64,000 nt of DNA. Source: Chrysomallon squamiferum (taxonomy: Eukaryota > Animalia > Mollusca). Within the stretch, counting starts at the first letter, position 1; every line of letters starts with the position of its first letter. The position numbers were made by a program, and so were the translations under genes. A model generated the notes under the pieces. That model did not search any database and had not been told where the DNA came from. It saw only the letters and a program-made list of their open reading frames with translations. This document shows positions 57,201-64,000 of the stretch, piece by piece. Location of the stretch: contig CM022668.1 of the NCBI GenBank assembly GCA_012295275.1, forward strand, positions 7,502,001 through 7,566,000, given 5' to 3'.

Positions 57201-58255
57201 AAATTAATTTTAAATAATTTTAAAAAGTAATTTATTTACTAATTTTTATTATTTAATTAAACATTTCCAGAGTATTTCAGGTAATTTCATTTCTGATGCA
57301 GAAACCTCAACTAATATGTTTTTTCAGAACTCATATCAAGATTATGAAAAATTATTATGTGAATGATATAAATATGCTATAAAGACTGAGTACACAGCCC
57401 TTCATTTATTATTATTATTATATTATTATTTTAGTTCTTATTTTTCAATTACATAAAGTTTATTATAAATGTACTTTTATTTTTTTTTTTTATTATTTTA
57501 TAAAAATAAATAAAATATATTAATTTTCCATCATGGATCTTTGATGCAAACTGATATTTACAACATTAAAAATTTTAATTTAATTTAAACATTAATTTGC
57601 TGGGCTCTTTTTCTACACATATTCAGGAATTCATAAAAAGCCTAAAACAAAAAGAAAAACAAAAAAACAATTAAAAAACCATTTACTTTTGTTTTTACAT
57701 GAAAAGACTTTCAATGTTCAATTTTGTACAGCCAAAATTACTCATAGCGTATTCTTTGGTACCAAGTACTGGTAAGAATGGGAAATTATGCAACACAAGG
57801 GGATTGGTCCTGTCACTCAAAGATTAAATGATGATAACAAGTAAAAGAAAATTCTGTATTGTCATGAATGAACATCAGTTCCACATGACTCATTCTGTAA
57901 CCTATATTTTCCGGTTGATCTGTCAGGTGATCGCTTTCATCAGAAATGACCTAAATATTGCCAAACTTTGACCTGACTGTTGTTTGACTAGTGACAGTCA
58001 CTAGTGACTCATTTCTTACTAAACATATCTACACTGACTTGATTACTGACAGCTTTGTAAAATGTCTGTCAGTGTATGTATTTATTATATATATATGTTT
58101 TGAATTACCTTTCTATCTATCCATCTCTATATCTATCTATCTATATCTATGTATGTATATATGTATGTATGTATATGTGTGTGTGTATATATATTAATTA
58201 CTGATACTGCTTTAGTCTCTCTCTCTCTTTCTCTCTCTCTCCCTCTCTGTCTCTG

Positions 58256-58363
<108 letters not shown>

Positions 58364-59710
58364 ATCTTTATGCCATTCTGAATTGATTAATTTTAAAGAA
58401 AAATCTATAGGCTTTAAATAATCTTTACTGAATACATTTCTTAGAATGATATTGATATGAAAAGATTATATTGCTGTTTTAATCCTTCTGAATAGATTTA
58501 TTTTTTATTAGAAAGGATTATCCATTGCTTTGATCTTGTGATACAATGGCAAATACAGTGTAAAAAACGGATTTGGCTCAGTCTTATAAAGCCTTTTGTT
58601 TGTTTAGACTTTTGTTATATTTAATTTCAAAAAGAGTTCAGAAAGGTCCATAACTGTTGATGCCTTGAATGTCAGAAGGAGTTGTGATTATTTTTAGCAA
58701 TATTGATGTATTTATTTATAACATTTTTTGATAATCTTTTTATCCCAGGAAGAAGATTAAAACTGAAATGAAAATATAAAAATTGATAAATTTATGATTT
58801 GATGCACAGTTTATGACAAAAGAAATTCACCAGTGCACTAAAAATTATTTTAACTCTAAATAATTATTTTTGTATGAATGACAAAAACACAAAACAATTT
58901 AATGAAGATATATTAAGTTATAAAATAATGTTTTAGAAAACTAATAATTTCATTTGACTAATTATATCTACTAATTCATTATATTTTTACGTTATTTTGT
59001 CTTAGTATTGATATTGTTATTATTATTATTAATTTTATTATTATTATTATTATTATTTTACTTTTTTACTTCTGTACTGTTTATTATTCTCTTCTAATTA
59101 TTACTGTTGTTGTTGTTGTTGTTTTTATTATTATCGCTGTTACTCACTATGGACACAATTCAGTGGACATTTTGCAATAATATTCTTCAATATATTTTTT
59201 AAAATTTTTAACATGTATGAAAGATGCAATTATTTTCATTAAATATTAAACACAATTATGTCAGACATCCAGGCATGAACAATCTCTATTTAAAAGAAAA
59301 TAATTATTTTCTGAAAGATTCAATGATGCATAAAATAAACCATGCATGACTAACAATTATTATTACATTAATAATCAAAGATATAACTGGGAGTGGTTAA
59401 TCCTTTTTAGAAATCATTAACCTATTAACATTTTACCAAGCAAATAATCCTTTATTAACCTGTTAACCTTTCATTAATCTATTAACCTTTTATTATCCAG
59501 TTAACTATTATTAATCAGCTACTCCTTTATTGACCAATTAATCCATTACCAAAGTACTGAAAAACCTATTTTATTTTATTTTTAATTTTTAAAATAAATA
59601 AATAAATAAATGCATTATATTAATTTCAAAAAAAATTTATGTACAAAAGCGAAAAGAGGATATTCAAGGGAAATAACTCCTGTACACTTAAATAGAAAGA
59701 CAACTAGTAT

Positions 59711-59760
59711 AGAGTGTAGCTCAGTGGTTAGAGTTGTTGTGACTTGCAAATGGTCCAGTA
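59711..59760 (+). mobile_element. tRNA-derived SINE fragment (A-box only)
   Basis: TAGCTCAGTGGTTAGAG is a canonical tRNA D-arm/A-box. No intact B-box or cloverleaf follows. Confidence 0.4.
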
Positions 59761-61755
59761 GTATTTTGATATTCATTCACTGAAACTGACATCTGTTAAT
59801 TATTTTTATTTTTATTTTATGATATATATATATATATACACACACATATATATATGTATTTACTTTGTAATTCATATATGAATAAATATATGAAAACTGA
59901 AAGAAATATTCATTTATTTTACATATTTTGATAATATTTTGCCACACTCATAAATACAAACACCCACCCACTCACACACACATATATGTATATACACACA
60001 AAACACACACAATACCTAACACAAATACACACACACATGTATGTATACAATATTTTAATGTTATATCTGTGATTCAATCATTCATTCTAAACAAAATATT
60101 GGAACAAACAGAATATTCTTTTTTCTAGATCTGTAAAAATTATACCCCACACAAATCATTTTATGTTTTGTTTGTTGTTATCTGCATTTTCAAGCTTTCC
60201 CATTAAAATGAATCTGATACAAACACATGAATAGTTATTGTCCATTATATAAATTCATATTACAAACTTAATGTAAATATTAACCATTAAATTTACATAT
60301 CATAAACATTTAATTTACTGCAAGGCTACACAAGTTATACAGTCAATAAAAAGGGGTAATTAAGTGTGAAATAAAATATAAAAGAAGATGATAAATAAAT
60401 AAATATTTTAAAAAGTAATGAATAAACAAATTAGTAATGAATATAAAAGAGAAACTAATAAATAAATATATAATAATTACGTAAAAGAAAATATTAAATA
60501 AATAAATATGAAAGAAGTTATAGACATGTGTATAAATATAAAAATTAAATAAATAAATAAATATAAAAATATAACCAATTATATAAATATAATAAAGAAA
60601 ATAATTTGATAAAAAAGTAAAAGAACAGTAATAAATAAATAAATACATAAATTTAAAAAATGAGTAAAAATGAAAAAATAAATGTGAAAAAAACTTGTAA
60701 AATATATTTTTTAAAATTAATTTAATGAAATATGATAATGTTTGAATAATAATATAAAAAGGAAGAAAAAAAGGAAAAAATAAAGAAAGAAAACTAAAAA
60801 AACTAAAAAAATAAAAAAACAAAGAAAGAAATAATAAATAAATAAATAAAAATTATAAAAATTAAGAAAAAAATGGAAAGAAATAATAATAATAATAAAA
60901 TATATATATATATATATATATAAAACAAAACAACACAAAAAAACATAAATAATAATGAAAAGAAAAAACTGTTTTTAAAATATTATGACTGCATTTAACA
61001 GGGTTTTTTTTCTTCTATTTACTTATAAAAACATTTTTATCAGGCAATAAAACGACAACCAAATGATTCAGTTTCAACATTACGAGCAACACAGGTAAGT
61101 AAAAATGTCACAACTGACAAAACATTTTTTAAAAACCCACACAGGTAAATTGGAGGTGAGTGGATCCATGATTACTGCTGGTTTCATGAAAACAGACAAA
61201 GATTCCTCTGAAATCAGTCGCATGCTGGGTATTGTACTTGTGTGTACGTCGACGAATTGAAACTGAACTTTTTATGACACCAGCTTTAAGTCACGTGATA
61301 TTTTTATTATTATCATTATTAGTGGATATGAATACACAGGCATAAACTGTCTGTTTGTGTGTGTGTTTGTTTGTGCATGAGAAGTGTATATGTAAATATG
61401 ACTGTTAAATCTGCGTGCATGGGTATTTGTAACTGTGAAACTGTATATATTTATATATACCACTGTCTCTGTGTAATGCAAGGTGGTATGTGTGTATGTG
61501 TGTGTGTGTGTGTGTGTGTATGTGTGTGTGTGTGTTTGTGTTTTACATGTATATTTTAATTTTAGTTTCACTGACTGCTTTATATATATATATATATAAA
61601 ATCCTAATTTAAATCATATACTCATGATGTTACAAGTTATAATTTTCAAAACTACAGGTAAGTACAGGTATTTTTATACCTGTTAATTAAAAAAAAAGAT
61701 ACTCACAGTTTCACAGGTAACAACAACTAAACTATTGTTTAAAAACAGTCATGGT

Positions 61756-61790
61756 ACTTACCTGAAAAAGAAGAAAAATACAAATTAAGT
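61756..61790 (-). other. Candidate recursive splice site (ratchet point, zero-length exon): cttaat...ttgtatttttcttctttttcag|gtaagt
   Basis: A branch-point-like CTTAAT, a long T/C tract and CAG are immediately followed by a perfect GTAAGT donor, on the same strand as the PDE1 gene. The junction is between 61762 and 61761. Confidence 0.7.
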
Positions 61791-62799
61791 TCATTTGAAC
61801 TGAACATGTATCAATTTTACAAATAAATAAATATATTGATTTATTCTATACATAAATAAACACACATATATAAAATTGTAACAGATATAAACTGAATGCA
61901 ATCACAAAATGAAAAAAATATATTTTGAGTTCATTCAAGTGTTGTTTTATTAAGTATCTCAATGTTGTGTGTGTGTGTGTGTGTGTGCATTTATATAATT
62001 ATGTATGCATGTATGTATTATGAATATATCATTTATGCATGTATGTATCTATATATATATATATCATTTATATATCGATCTATGTATGTATCATTTATGT
62101 ATGTACATGTATGGATTTATGTATATATAATGTGTTTTTATATTTGTATATGTATGTATGTATGTATGTATGGAGGTATGTATGTGTGTATGTGTGTATG
62201 TGTGTATGTATGTATGTGTGTATGTATATATGTGTATATGTATGTATGTTGTATGTATGTATGTATGTATATATGCATATACATCTGTCTGTCTATGTAT
62301 GTGTAGGTGTATATATATTTATGTGCATTCTGTCTGTCTGTATATTTGATGCATGTTTATATCTTCTACACCTTTCCTTTCTTCCCCCCACCCCATTTTG
62401 TTTATTACATAGATAAGTTTATATTCTGATATAAGAGATAACAACTATCTAGGTGTTATTAAACTGTGAAAACATACACTCATGTTAGATCTAATTACCC
62501 TTTCTTATTCTCTCTCTACAATAAATTTAAAGTCTATAATTATTGATAATAAACAATCTAATAAGATATTCGAAAAATAAAACTCCATTTATTACAACAA
62601 ATATTGGCAAGGATATTTGAAATTAGTTTTCTGTAAGAAATGAATCAAGCAGAAATAAATGTAAAAATAATAAATGAATAAATAAAGAGATAAGTAAATA
62701 GATAAATTAAAATAATAATAATAATAATAATAATAATAGTGATAATAAATAATAATAATAACATAATAATAATAAGAAGAAGAAGAAGAAGAGATAATA

Positions 62800-62838
<39 letters not shown>

Positions 62839-63736
62839 TAAAATTAATAAAATTAAAATTAAAAAAAATTAACAAGGAAAATTTTAAATTTTAAATTTAA
62901 ATTAATGATAATAAAACGCTACAAAGAAGTTAAATCACTAGAATTATTTTGGGAAATGCTGAAAATTGTAAAAATATTTTCAGTTGTTATCTGCAGTGCT
63001 TCTGTGGGAGGGATCATTTGTGAATCTTGTAACAAGCAGACTTCAATTCTCTAATGGAGTTATTGCCATGGAAACAGTTGACTGACAATACAACTTCCAT
63101 TAAGTTAAAAACAGAGATATTTACGCCAAAATGGGTGCATATTAAAATGTAATTTAGGGGAAAATAAAGAAAATATTAAAAAAATCAAAATAATGAAAAA
63201 ATAAAAACGTGGATGTTAAATCAACTTTGTGAATTGAAGAATACTAAATAAGTTATTCAAAATAAATAAATAATTAAATAAATAAATAAACAAAAAATAC
63301 TAACTTTAATTTACTTTACAATACTTGATACTGTCATTTTATAACTGTATTTCTGTGTGTGTGTCTGTGTGTGTGTGTTTGTGTGTGTATGGTGCATGCA
63401 TATGTGTGTGTTGTGTGTCAATGTTAAAATGTGCTAACTGCATTATTAAAATACAATAATTCTTTCCATATTCTAAAATTAAAATGGCTAATATATGATT
63501 TCTATCTTTGATTATTGTAGTTTTATAGTATGTGTTCTTTGATTTAAGAAAATATTACAAGGATGGATCTAAGATGTCAGAAAGGGGTGACATTATGAGG
63601 AAGGATTCAGGTGCAAAAAGAAAAGAAGAAATTTAGGAAAGAAAGGGAAAAGAAATAATGGAAGAAAGAAGGAAAAAATAGTTCAGAAAAAAATAGGGTA
63701 CCAGATGTAGCCTTTATAATATATTTTTTGTGTGTG

Positions 63737-63788
<52 letters not shown>

Positions 63789-64000
63789 TATATCTGTAAA
63801 AAAAAATACTGATTTAAAAATAGAACATTATATTTTCCCTTCTGACATTTTTCCAAATGACATTATGTAATTGACTGTGTAATTAAGTGTAATACAGTTT
63901 AATACAATTACATGTATCACTTTGTTACTCATTACAAACAGCATCTAATGAGTTTAGTCATGTTACTATTTGTGTAACAATGTTAAACTACATACAACAT

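Noticed and set aside
59711-59790. Possible tRNA gene
   Set aside because: Only the D-arm/A-box is present. There is no T-arm/B-box or acceptor stem.

Overview
This is very AT-rich eukaryotic genomic DNA saturated with microsatellites. The composition suggests an invertebrate, plausibly a mollusc or cephalopod, but that is an inference. Almost all ORFs in the supplied track are translations of simple repeats. The real coding signal is a set of short, phase-compatible minus-strand exons from the 5' (regulatory, calmodulin-binding) part of a Ca2+/calmodulin-dependent phosphodiesterase 1 (PDE1) gene. The exons are 27128-27054/27066, 19708-19534 and 18945-18832 (LRQILRRLEKEDISKDDMKNNLEYAASLLENLYIDET, the PDE1 N-terminal signature), followed by two frame-preserving microexons of 33 nt (18619-18587) and 18 nt (1032-1015). 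The catalytic exons must lie to the left of the window. The most notable observations are: (1) a textbook recursive-splicing or ratchet point (branch point, Yn, CAG|GTAAGT) at 61762/61761. It has a 55-nt cryptic RS-exon and, 88 nt downstream, an 11-nt perfect antisense copy of the site that mimics the U1 snRNA 5' end. (2) Two phase-2 microexons sit in the PDE1 regulatory linker and together create a KRPSS phosphosite. (3) Many candidate alternative start exons are phase-compatible with the coding exons, and some carry myristoylation-type N-termini. (4) Several RFX X-boxes, a CTCF site and a perfect DR1 element are present. The rest of the window is intron containing minisatellites, degenerate tandem arrays, and SINE and MITE relics.
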